Shown: positions 48,055 through 58,968 of the stretch, one piece after another
Layout: every line of letters starts with the position of its first letter
How positions within the stretch are numbered: position 1 is the stretch's first letter
Origin: Hyaloraphidium curvatum SAG 235-1
Taxonomy: Eukaryota > Fungi > Monoblepharomycota
Direction: 5' to 3'
DNA: 64,000 bases
Assembly (NCBI GenBank): GCA_025558095.1
Contig: JAIVFI010000008.1
Location: forward strand, 620,001-684,000
Translations under genes and position numbers: made by a program
The notes under the pieces: model-generated
The model's database searches: none
Told to the model about the DNA's origin: nothing
The model's input: only the letters and a program-made list of their open reading frames with translations

Positions 48055-49539
48055 TCACCACGGGAACAGGTCCTTCGCGGCCTCCCTGCCCGGTAGGCCC
48101 TTGGGCAGGACCCCGTCCTTCCGCAGCCTGTCGAAAACGTCGAAGAAGGACTCCTCCGTGTCCCTGTACCCGTTCCACCCGAGCTTCCTGAGCTTCGTCG
48201 GCGAGTAGACGAGGTTGATCTCGAATCCCAATTGCGCGTCGACGAACCAGAAGCTCTCCCACCCCGCGCGGTACCCGTCCGGGGCGACCGACGGATCCGC
48301 TGCAGCGATCTTGGCCCACGCCTCGCGTGCCATATCCTCGGTGATCTGCTGAACTGCGCTGACGGTGAGCTTGCCCTTTTCCTTGGTGAGGTGCGGCTCC
48401 ATGTCGTCGCCAAGGATGAGCTGGTCGCGCGGGTAGCCGAAGTAGGCGCACCACTTCGGCCAGAGAACCCGATAGCTGAACACATCACCGTTGTGGCTGT
48501 TCGAGGAGCCGATGGCCAGGTCACGTAGTGCCTCAGCTTTTGCAGCGCCCAACCTACGCATTCAGGATCTGCCCCGCCGCCCCGGGCTCCAGAGACGCCC
48601 ACACGTTCAGCTCCGCCAGAATGTCCGCCGCCGTGCAGTCTTGCACGGAGTTCCAGAGAGCCGCGCTTCCCGGAAATATGGGCGGCATGCCGAGCGTCTT
48701 GAGTGTGAGGATGTACACGGCCAAGCTGGTGGCCAGTGTCATGGCGGTCTGCCGCGTGGCACCGATCACCGCGAGGGGGAGAGTGACCGTCCACGAGAAA
48801 CCGTGCTCGCGGGCGAGCTTCTTGGCGATCTCGAGCTGCGCGTTGTCTGACGTGAGGGTTGGTTGAGTGGCGATGTCAGCCCGGGACAGCGCAGATCGCG
48901 AAAACGCGCTCACAGAAGGGCGCGAGGGGCACGTTGGGGGGCGAGTCCTCCTCGCGGAAGGGCAGCTGCGGGAACGGGTCGCGCACGTGCCACTTGGCAC
49001 CGAGCTGGAGCAGTACGCGGTCGAGCTTCTTGGTGCACGCGAGCGTGGCGCGGAGGCACTGCACGTCAGGTGTGAGGTGAGATGGATGGCCCAGCTCGCC
49101 GCGAAAAGGATGCCAGCCTTGTCAAACATCAGCTCGTTCGCCTCAGTCTCCTCCTTGGACCCCCATCCCTCCTTCGGGAAGTAGTACGCCCCCCAGTAAA
49201 GATGTGTCGCCTCTCCCACCCCCCCTTCCTTGAATTTGGCTGCCAGCTCATCCACGCTGGCCCCGAGCAGGTCCGCCTCGACCCACACCAGCTTCTTCCC
49301 CAGCGAGCCCGCGGGGAGGTCCTTCGAGACCCAGTCGGGATTGGGAGCGCGGCGCGACGTCGCGATGATCTTGTCGAAGGCGGGGGCGCGCTCGGAGAGG
49401 AGGAACTCCACGAGGTACGAGCCACTGTTGACAGCCGTGGGAGACACCCAGTGCGGCGCGTGAATGCGTGCGGGGGGGGCGAGAGACGGAGGCCCTACGT
49501 TATCCCATTGCCTCCCGTAATGAAAGCGACGCGTCCCAT
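48055..49539 (-). CDS. PRISE-like (progesterone 5-beta-reductase/iridoid synthase-type) atypical SDR, multi-exon
   Basis: MGRVAFITGGNGIT/GSYLV, VLLQLGAKW, LPFREEDS, WTVTLP, FPG, NGDVFSY..LWP, KLRKLGW. Confidence 0.8.
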
Positions 49540-49689
49540 TTTGCCGCGAGGGATCCCTCAAGCCGGTCTCGAGGTCTCGGAAGGTGGTGTTTGGAGTGCG
49601 TCGATCATGACCTTAGATATCACACCTTGTGGAGATTTCCGCTCTAGTATCAGATATGTACATGATCATCATCGCAGCTCAATCAGGAA

Positions 49690-51573
49690 TCAAGCCTCGA
49701 GCTTCACCGCCGCGCCGTCCTTGCGGAAAGGAACGTGCTTGATGAACCAGCTCGCAATGAAGCCGATCGCCGCGACCGGCACCATCGCGATGAAGCCGCG
49801 CTTGATCGCGGTGTTGAGTCCGTCGACCGCAAATGCGCCCACGGCCTGCGCTAGCTGCGGCGGCAAGGCAGACAGCAGAGGGCCGAGGTGACCTCCGGAG
49901 GCGTACTTGACGATCCTGTCGATGACGTTTTCCGGAAGTCCTTGGGGCACCAGCGTCTCGAGCTGCGGCTTGAGCAGGCCGGGGAGAGAGTTGCTGACGA
50001 CCGCCGAGACAATCGTGATGGCGAGGATGCCGCCGAGGTTCCGCCCAAAGAAGGCGACCGACGTGCCGGGCCCGATCTCGTCGTCGCCGGATGCAAACTG
50101 CACGGCCAGAAGCAGAGTGGCGAGCGACAGGCCCAGACCGACGCCGACCTCCATCGAGAGCAGGGCCATCTTCCAATACGGCCAGTCCACTTCGATGATG
50201 AGTCCCGTGAGCAGGGTGCCGAGCAAAAGGAGGAACATCCCGACGATGATGAACTCACGCAGCCGCCCCAGCTTTTCCGTGGCGACGCCGGAGCCGATCA
50301 CAAAGATGACGGTCGACATGAATGCGGGGATAAACTGCACGCCCGACTGGAATGCAGAAACGTCCTGCACAGACTGCCACCAGATCGGCAGCCAGTACGT
50401 GTAGCCGAGCATAATGAAGCCCAGGGCGAAGTTGGAGATGTTGGCAAACACAAAGTTGCGGATCCGGAAGAGGTGGGGCGGGATGATCGGGTTCTTGGCA
50501 ATGCGGATCTCGATGAAGATAAACGCAGCCCAGAGGACACCGGAAAGGACCAAACAGGTGATGATCGCAGCGGAGTTCCAGGCGTACTCGTTGCCGCCCC
50601 AGGTCAACGCCATGAGCAACAGAACGTTGCCGGCGAGAACGGTGCCGACCCCCGCAAAGTCCACCTGTTTCAGCTTCTCCCACGTCGACGTTTCCTTTCG
50701 CGGGAGCCGAAGGAAGAAACCGATCCCAACCATGGCGAGGGCGGTGAGCGGCAGGTTGATCCAGAACAGCCACCTCCAGGACACCTTCTCCGTGAAAAGA
50801 CCGCCAATCAGAGGTCCGATGATGCTCGAAAGTCCAAAAACGGCCCCAGTTAGACCCTGGAATTTGCCGCGCTCGGCCGGAGCCACGATCTCCGAGACGA
50901 CGATGGCCACCAGAGCCTCGATTGCGCCTCCGCCGACGCCCTGCAAGGACCTCCCGACGATCAAGACGGTAATGTTGGGGGCCACGGCGCAGATGATGGA
51001 GGCGAGAAAGAAGGAGCCCGTTGCGAAGAGGATGACGGGCCGTCGCCCGAAGATGTCCGAGATGCGGCCCCAGACAGGGAACAGGGCGGTGGCGGTGACG
51101 AGGTATCCGTTTGCGATCCATGCGATCTGGTCCACCGAATCGAGCTCCCGTGCAATGGTTGGAATGGCTGCGAAGGCAAGGAGAGCAACCAATCAATCAA
51201 ACTGGCTTCGGGAACGCACGGAAAACGCACCAGTGGAAACCACTGTGGCGTCCAGAGAAGCCAGGAAGAGAGTCAACATGAGGGAGACCAGGAGCAGCCA
51301 GAAGCTCCGAGGTTTCTTGGCGGGAGGAGCCGGCGGATCCGCGACATCCGCCTCGACGTCTGCGGCGCTCTTCTCGCCCTTCTCGACATCGATCTCCACC
51401 ATCTCGGCGGTCCGCTTCCGGTCGGAGACCGCCATCTCGGCAGTCGGCTTCCGGTCAGAGACGGCGGCGACGGCAGCGGGAGAGGGCGTGGCAGGGGCCT
51501 CGTCGGCCGCGGTATCGGCCGACGAGAGCGAGGGCTCGCGGGCGGATTCGATCGTGGTGGGCGCGGACGACAT
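49690..51573 (-). CDS. MFS DHA2-family (14-TM) efflux transporter, 2 exons
   Basis: LFLASLDATVVST, WGRISDIFGRR (motif A), GRSLQGVGGG, GPLIGG, WRWLFWINLP. Confidence 0.92.
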
Positions 51574-52146
51574 CTCGAGGGTTCGGGTCGCGTGGGATGC
51601 TCCTCAGGCCTCCTGCGAGTCTCTTTTATCTCATGCGGGCGGGAGAAGGGCCAACGGAACGCATAATTTCGAGATTTCGAGAATGGCTGGTGTGGCGGAT
51701 CGGGAAATATCTCAATCCCCCGGCCGCGGGTGGGTCCCTAGTGATCATTGGCTCCATGCACCATGCGGGCCAAAAATCGCGAGAAGAATTGGACACCGAA
51801 AGAAATCCGAGGAGTATTTGGGTTGTAGGGGTTCTGGACCAGCGCCCCATGCATAATCGGCCCGTCCGCATCGGACCACATTTTCATCTGGCACGTTCCA
51901 CATTCGCTCTCTTCGACGGGACAGCGGCACGCTCCCGCGATCGCTCGCGCGCGGGAGCAATTATGACCATGTCGTCGCCACCCGGAGGACACTATGTCGC
52001 TGCGTTTTCGTAAGCGTTGAGGGACGCAAGGCTCTTGCGTGGCCGCACCGAACCACCCAACAAACTGTGGCAACACTGAAATCCAACCGCTCCAAATCAC
52101 ACCGCGCAACGAAGAAACCTCGAGCAAATTAATGCGATCCTGTACC

Positions 52147-53408
52147 TCAGTGCGCCTCCGCCGTCCCATTCGTCCCGTTCGCCTCCTTCTTCCCCGCCTC
52201 GGCCGCGTGCCCCTCCGATCCCGTGCCGTTCGGCAGCGGCTTGCGCGTCTCGTGCGGCGCGGGACCGTGCACGCGCACCACGCGGCGTGGGGTGCGGTCC
52301 AGGACGAGGGAGAGCACGTCCGGGCGGGAGTAGTGGCCGACGGGCTGCACGAGCAGGTGTGAGCGATCTCAATGCACCAGGTGCGACGTGTGAAAGACCC
52401 ACGTCCGCGGCGGCCTTGGCGATGGCGATCATCGCCGGGTCCAGCTCGGCGTACAGGATGCCCTCCTGGTCCTCCGGCAGCCCCTCCACGAGCTTCCTCC
52501 CGTCCGGCCCGAAGATCATCGAGAAGCCGCCGCCCGGCTTGCCGGTCTTGGGCGAGAGCAGGTACGCCTTGTCGGGCGTGTCGGCGCACGCGTCGAAGGT
52601 GTCCTGGCCGGTGACGGCGACGCTGGCGAGGACGTAGCAGCCGCCCTCGACGGCGTACATCCTCGACGCGCCGTCGATGTTGACTTCGGGGCCCAGCGCG
52701 TAGGCCAGATCGCGGTACACGCAGAAGGAGGGCCAGCCGGCGACGTGGATCTCCTCGTGCATCGAGTACATGGCGAACTTGGAAAGTGGCTGGAGGTGTT
52801 CCCTGCACAGGGAGGCCATCTGTGTAAGTATCCGCATCGGGAGCCCAGGTCAGGCATCCACGCACCAGCAGTTCAATGCCCCGACCCTCCCCAGCTCCGT
52901 GGCGGCGACCTGGAAATCGCTCCCGTCGCCGTCCCCGAAAACCGTGCGCTCCACGTGCGTCGGCTTGAGCTTGCGCCGCGCGAACACGAGCCTCCCGTCG
53001 GGCCCGATCAGCGCCTGCGCCATGAACCTCGACCCGCCGTCGCGCTCGCTGAACCCCATGACCACGTGCACGCCGCATTCGCGCGCGCAGTCCTGCAGGG
53101 CGCGCATCTCGGGGCCGTCGACCTCCATCGAGTTGTCGTGGTAGTTGGGGATGAACTGCAGCTGCCAGGCGGCGGCGCCGAGCCAGATGAACCACGGGCT
53201 GGGGGTTCGAGGCCGTCACGCGTCGATCCCGGCGGAAAGGCGCCGGCGAAGGAACTCACTAGCCGGGAATGAAGGTCTCGGGGAACGCGACGAGCTGGGC
53301 GCCGTTGGCCGCGGCCTCCTTGATCAGCCCGATGGACTTCTTGAGCGTCCCCTGGAGGTCCATGAAGACTGGGGACGCCTGGATCACGGCCGCCTTGAAC
53401 TTGCGCAT
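52147..53408 (-). CDS. Nitrilase (aliphatic/arylacetonitrilase type), 4 exons
   Basis: Catalytic triad motifs [14 protein letters not shown] and LNCWEH; EEIHVAGWP; GHYSRPD. Confidence 0.92.
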
Positions 53409-53850
53409 GTTGCCCAGGGCGGACGAGGGCGATGGGTCGGCGAATGCGGGGAGGGAGGCGGAGATTGGGTGGTTGGGTGGCGGAGCGACGATCAGGCGGA
53501 GATCTGCAGATTGTCTCCCGCGGTGGCCACAGCCGGTCAGGAGCGCAGGCTACCCACTGCATTGACTGCTTCGCGAAAAGAGGGTGGTTGGCAGTCGTCA
53601 CCTGGGCATCCAGCTCCTCGAGCTCTTGCCGCCGCGGCATCCGGGCTCCATCGAGGGCCCCGCGCCCGCATCAGAGCAGCAACGGTCGGCAACGCGGCCC
53701 AACCCGGCGCAACTAGCTAATCATCGATCGCTTTTTGCAGCTCCTACTCGAGTCCGTCCCCCGGGGTCCATCCACCTCCAGTCCGTCGGACCGGCTCATC
53801 TCCTTCCGACCGTCCTGGGTGGGACGCCGATCACTTCCAACCAAACAACG

Positions 53851-55662
53851 ATGCGCGTCCTCCGCCCCCTCCTCCGCCTCCCCCGCCCGCGGTTCGCGTC
53901 CACCGCCTCGCAACCGGCGCCGGTCGCGTCGCGCGCGGCGGGGTGGGCGGTGGCGGCGGCGACGCTGGCGGCCGGCGTGGGGCTGGACGCGGCGCGGGAC
54001 GCCCGCAGGAGGGGCGCCGAGGCGCGGCGGGCCGCGGAGGCCGAGAGGGCGGACAGGGCGGTGAAGGAGGTTGCGCCCGCCGCGGCCGAAGAGCCTGCAG
54101 CCCCCGCCGCGGGGGGAGACGACGACCTCACCGTCCTGACCAACTGGTCGCACACGCACTCCGTCTCGCTCCCCTCGGCATCGTACCGCCTCCCCGCGTC
54201 CCTCTCCGAGCTGGAACTACTCGTCCGCTCCGCCGCCGAGTCGGGGACCCCCCTCCGCCCCGTCGGCTCCGCCCTCTCGCCGAACGGGATCGGGTTCAAC
54301 GACAGAGGGATGGTCAACCTCGCCCTGATGGACTCGCTGCTCTCCGTTTCCGAACAAGGCGAGGCGACGGTGCAGGCCGGCGCGCGGATCGACCACCTCG
54401 TCTCGCAGCTGCGCCCCCTCGGCCGCACCCTCCCCACGTTCGCCAGCGTGAGGGAGCAGCAGGTCGGCGGGTTCACGCAGGCCGGCGCGCACGGCACGGG
54501 GCTGCGCATCGATACCGTGGACGCGCTGGTGACCGCGGTGAAGCTCGTCACCCCCGGGCTCGGGACGGTGGAGCTGCGGGAGGACCACCCCGCGTTCTAC
54601 CTCGCGCGGTGCGGGCTCGGCGCGCTGGGGATCGCCGCCGAGGTCACCCTGCGCACCGTCCCCGCGCACAGGCTCGTGGAGCGGACCTTTGTCGCGACCC
54701 GCGAGGAGGTCAGGAGGAAGCACAGGGAGTGGGTCGGGGGGCACAGGCACGCGCGGTACATGTGGATCCCGCATGCGGAGGAGGTGGTCGTTGTTCTGAG
54801 CGATCCCGAGGGGACGCCCGAGGCGGAGGAGACGGCAAAGTGGTGGGAGGAGAGGTCGAAAGGCAGCGGGCAGGAGCACGTGCAGGACAAAGAGGCGCAC
54901 CTCGCGGAGCCGTACCGCCGCATCTTCGGGAAATGGGGACTCGAGGCGCCCGAGGGGCTCAACGCCGTGCAGCTCCGCGACCACCTCTACAGCCTCTACC
55001 CGCTCGATCCGGCGCGGGTGAAGGAGATCAACGCCGCCTCGGCCGAGTTCTGGCGGCGCAACGAGGGCGTGCGAACCGATTGGAGCGACCAGGTGCTGGG
55101 GTTCGAGTGCGGGGGGGAGCAGTGGGTGGACGAGTGCTGCTTCCGCGTCCCCGAGCTCGACGAGGGCGCCCCCGCGGGCGGGGAGGGGACGACGTCGGAC
55201 GTCGCGCACGCGCTGCGGATCCTGGACCTGGTCGAGGGGGAGGATCTGCCGGCGCACGAGCCGATCGAGCAGCGCTGGACGAGGGGGACGCTGTCGCCGC
55301 TGTCGCCGGCGTACGCGCCCGAGGGGGGGAAGGCCGCGTTCTCGTGGGTGGGGATCATCATGTACCTGCCGCCGAGTTCGGAGGAGGGGAGCGAGGGGAA
55401 GAGGGGGGAGGTCACCGCCGCGTTCAGGGAGTACGCGAGGAAGGCGTACGCGGCGAACGGGGGGTCGGGGGCCATGACGCACCTGGCCAAGATCGAGTTC
55501 GACCCGGAGAAGGTGGAGGAGGTCAGGGAGAAGATGCGGGCAAGGATGGGGGAGGAGAACTGGGCGAGGCTGATCGAGTGGAAGGGGAGGGCGGATCCCA
55601 AGGGGGTGCTGGGGAACGAGTGGACGGAGCGGCTGTTCCGCGACGATCGGGGGTCGGGGTAG
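53851..55662 (+). CDS. GLDH: L-galactono-1,4-lactone dehydrogenase (plant-type GLDH), mitochondrial, intronless
   Basis: Arg-rich presequence plus TM helix; NWSHTH; RPVGSALSPNG; QQVGGFTQAGAHGTG; PIEQRW; FSWVGIIMYLP; HLAKIE. Confidence 0.88.
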   Translation: MRVLRPLLRLPRPRFASTASQPAPVASRAAGWAVAAATLAAGVGLDAARDARRRGAEARRAAEAERADRAVKEVAPAAAEEPAAPAAGGDDDLTVLTNWSHTHSVSLPSASYRLPASLSELELLVRSAAESGTPLRPVGSALSPNGIGFNDRGMVNLALMDSLLSVSEQGEATVQAGARIDHLVSQLRPLGRTLPTFASVREQQVGGFTQAGAHGTGLRIDTVDALVTAVKLVTPGLGTVELREDHPAFYLARCGLGALGIAAEVTLRTVPAHRLVERTFVATREEVRRKHREWVGGHRHARYMWIPHAEEVVVVLSDPEGTPEAEETAKWWEERSKGSGQEHVQDKEAHLAEPYRRIFGKWGLEAPEGLNAVQLRDHLYSLYPLDPARVKEINAASAEFWRRNEGVRTDWSDQVLGFECGGEQWVDECCFRVPELDEGAPAGGEGTTSDVAHALRILDLVEGEDLPAHEPIEQRWTRGTLSPLSPAYAPEGGKAAFSWVGIIMYLPPSSEEGSEGKRGEVTAAFREYARKAYAANGGSGAMTHLAKIEFDPEKVEEVREKMRARMGEENWARLIEWKGRADPKGVLGNEWTERLFRDDRGSG

Positions 55663-55898
55663 GGAGGGGAGGGGGAGGGCGGAAGGGGATCGACGGGATC
55701 GGTGTAGGCAGGCAATGGGCAGCATGAGAAGGGGATCGGACGACGAGATCGGCGGGGATCCCGAAGTCCGAAGCGCGAACCACCGTCGAGTCATCTGATC
55801 GGGGATCCCGCCGCTGTGGCCACCCCTCACTGTCAACCCCCGGCCAAGGTCGGCTCCTCCCCCTCTCTGCCCCTCAATACCCTTCCGCCGTTTTCCCA

Positions 55899-58222
55899 AT
55901 GGAGCTCCCGCCGGATCCCGCGTCGCCGGTGCGGCCCGCCGCCAAGCGCGCGCTCTCGTCGTCCGCGCTCGCCTCGCCGCAAAAGGCCGCGCGCTTCGAC
56001 GCTGTTGCCGCGCACGCCGGGTCTCCGCACGGTTCGCCTGCGCGGGCGGTGCAGGCCGCCGAGGGGAGCCCGCCGGGGGCGCTGCCGGGGCTCGGCGACG
56101 CGTGGGCCGCGCGCCCCCCGCTGGCTCCCCTCGCCCCGTTCCCGCCGACGACCCCCGCGCGCCCGCCGCCGCCGCGCAGATCGGACTCGAGCTACTCGAT
56201 CGCGCAGCCCGACACGCCCGCAGACGGCAGGCTCACGCCGCTGGTCAAGCTGTTCGGCCCGGACTACTTCGGCACCCTCCCGCCCCTCCGCCGCACCCTC
56301 GCCGACTCGGACCTCGGCGTCGAAAATGACGAGCATGTCGGCACCGGAAACACACGCCCGCCTGCAGACCCCGCGCACCTGCCCACAGAGGTCCTCCAGC
56401 GCATCTTCGCCTTCCTCTCCCCCGCCTCCACGCCCGGCACACCCCCGCCCCCCCGTGCCGCCCTCTACGCCGCCGCCCGCGTGTGCCGCGAATGGTACTA
56501 CGCCGCCGTGCAGATGCTGTGGCGCGCGCCCGCCTGGCACTCGATCCACTCCTTCGAACGCTGGCTGGCCGCGTGCCGCCTCCCCGCCGCGGGGGACGGC
56601 GCGCCGCGGCCGGGGTGCACGGGGAGGCAGCTCGTGCGGAGGATCGAGGCGGGGAGGACGCCGTACCTGGTGCAGTACGTGCGGCCCGAGGCGGTGGAGG
56701 AGCTGGCGGGGAGGTTCGGCGGGATCACGCACCTGGACCTCGCGGGGTGCGCGGCCATGACCGACGACGCCGTCTCGAACTTTGTCTCTGCGTGGGTATC
56801 CAACTGCTGTGAAGTACGCTAGACTGACTGCTGACTCGTTCGTCCGCGCCCTTTCTCTGCAGAACGCCCCGCCACCTGATCTCGATCGACCTCTCCAACT
56901 GCTTCCGCATCTCGGACGTCGCCGTGCAGGTCATCGCCACCTTCTGCGGCCCCTGGAACCGCCTGCGCCGCCTGCTCCTGCGCAACTGCGGGCAGGTCTC
57001 GGACGCCTCCCTCAACCAGATCGCCGCGCACCTGCTCCCCTCCCTGCGCACGCTCGACGTCTCGGGATGCCGCCGCATCTCGGACCACGGCCTGCTCCAG
57101 TTCGCCCGCCGCTTGGCGGCCGCCGCGCCGCAGGGCGCCGGCCTGTCGCGGTTCGGCATCTCGGGGTGCTGGCGGCTCACCCGCACCGGGTATTTGCAGA
57201 TCCTCCCAACGCTGTTCGCCGCCAACCCGCGCCTGGCCTCGTTCGAGTCGTCGCTGCCGCTGCACCCGCTCGTCTCGGCGGACCAGGTCTTCGGCAACCT
57301 GCCCGTGGGCCTGTTCTCGGGGCTGACGAGGCTCGCCCTGCGCGAGGCCGAGAAATGCATCGACGACGCCGTGCTGCTCTCCATCTCGGCCGCGTGCGGC
57401 GCCGGCCTCCGCTCCCTCGAGCTGCACGGCGCCTCGCTCGTCACCGAGCCCGGCTTCGCGCGCGCCGCGGACTCGCTGCTCTCCCTGCGCCGCCTCGCCC
57501 TCCCGCAGGCCAAGGGGCTCGGCGACGCCGCGCTGCTCCGCGTCGCGACGCACCCCCGGCTCTCCGAGGACCTCGAAGAGCTCGACGCGTCGGGGTGGGG
57601 CATCACCGATGCCGGCATCGTCGCGGCTTTGGAGAACCCGGGGCGGGGCCGGCCGCTCCCGAACCTCGCCGTGCTCCGCCTGGCCGACTGCTCCGAATCC
57701 TCCTTCACCTTCCACGGGATCTTTTCCGCCGCGCGCGCGCTCGTCGGCCGGCCGGCGCGCGCCAAGCTGCGGGCGCTCGACGTCTCGGGCTGCATCGACC
57801 TCGACGGGGCCGACGGCCACCTGCACTTCCCCTGGATCGCCGCCGGCGTCCCCGCCGGCCTCCCGGCGCCCGCGCCCGCGCAGCAGGCCGGGTGGCAGGG
57901 GGTGCAGGGGATCGCGGCGACGGTGCAGGCGGCGCTCGCCGGCGCGCTGGGTGTGCAGCAGCATCCCGAGGCCGGGGCGGGGTACGAGATCGATGCGACC
58001 CCCGTCGACGACGCGTTCGTGGTTTCCCTGCTGACGGTGCCGGAGAGGCCGACGGGGAGCGCAAAGATCGGGGGGCCGGGGAGGTGGTACTGCGTGCTCG
58101 CCGGGGAGGCGCTGGAGAGGGTGGCGCGGGAGGGGATGAGGAGGGTCAGGCCGCGCGCGGAGAGGGTCGGGGAGGCGGTGGATCCCGCGGTGGGGGTGGC
58201 GATGAATGCGGCGGCGGGGTGA
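55899..58222 (+). CDS. F-box/LRR protein (FBXL/Grr1-like), 2 exons
   Basis: F-box HLPTEVLQRIF...ARVCREWYYAAVQMLW; cysteine-containing LRRs (LDLAGCAAMTD, LDVSGCRRISD). Confidence 0.85.
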
Positions 58223-58274
58223 CGTGCCCCGGGGGAAGCGGAGGGCCTTGATGGGGAGGAAGAGGCGGCAAGGA

Positions 58275-58362
58275 GACGGACATGGGCGAAGGACAGGGAC
58301 ACGGACGAAGGACGAGGACACGGACGAACGAACAAGGACACGGACAACAAGGGACACGGTGG
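58275..58362. repeat. Low-complexity GGACACGGACG-like repeat in intergenic DNA
   Basis: Four to five imperfect GGACA(C/T)GG units in a purine-rich tract. Confidence 0.65.
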
Positions 58363-58968
58363 TCGTATTGCACGGACATTCTATGTGACGCACACGCACG
58401 CACGAGGGGAGGCGTGCCCGGCGGACTCTGCTTTGCTTTCGCGCTTTCGTATGGGAGATACCCGCAGTTGCCGGCCGTGCACGGGAGCGCGCCGCGCGGT
58501 GATAGATGTACGATGTAGGAGAAGAATGTATGCAAGGGTGTTTCGGGCATGGGATAGATTGCTGGTCGTTGTGATGATGAGGGGGTCGGGCAGAGCCGCG
58601 GCGCCCGCGAAGAGCGGGACGGGGTTAGCAAATTGGCGGGCGAGCGCGGGGGAGCTGAGTTCGCTGTTGCATCCGTCGTATTGTTGCTCGTTTGGCCGGA
58701 TATCGGTCCCAGGCGGCCGGGATGGGCGTTAGCGTCGATTTGTCGTCAGGGGCCTCTGACCGTGCGGAGCGACAGCCGGAGCTTCCCGACGTGACGTTTG
58801 CCCTCTATTCCCCCTGCCATCGGTGCGTCCCGCGCCGCCGCACCGCGCCGCCTCTTCCGCAGCACGCTGACTGTTGTGCCCCGCGCGTGCCCGCTGCCCC
58901 CGCGCCACCGCTCACCGCCCCCGCCGCGGCGCCACCGACAAAAGAACCCCGGCGCCGCGCCCGCGACA

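Noticed and set aside
51400-51466. 33-bp tandem duplication (AVSDRKxTAEM x2) in the MFS N-terminal tail
   Set aside because: Real, but an ordinary in-frame slippage in a disordered region
58230-58968. Iron-responsive element in the aconitase 5' region
   Set aside because: No CAGUGN-loop hairpin found near the start codon
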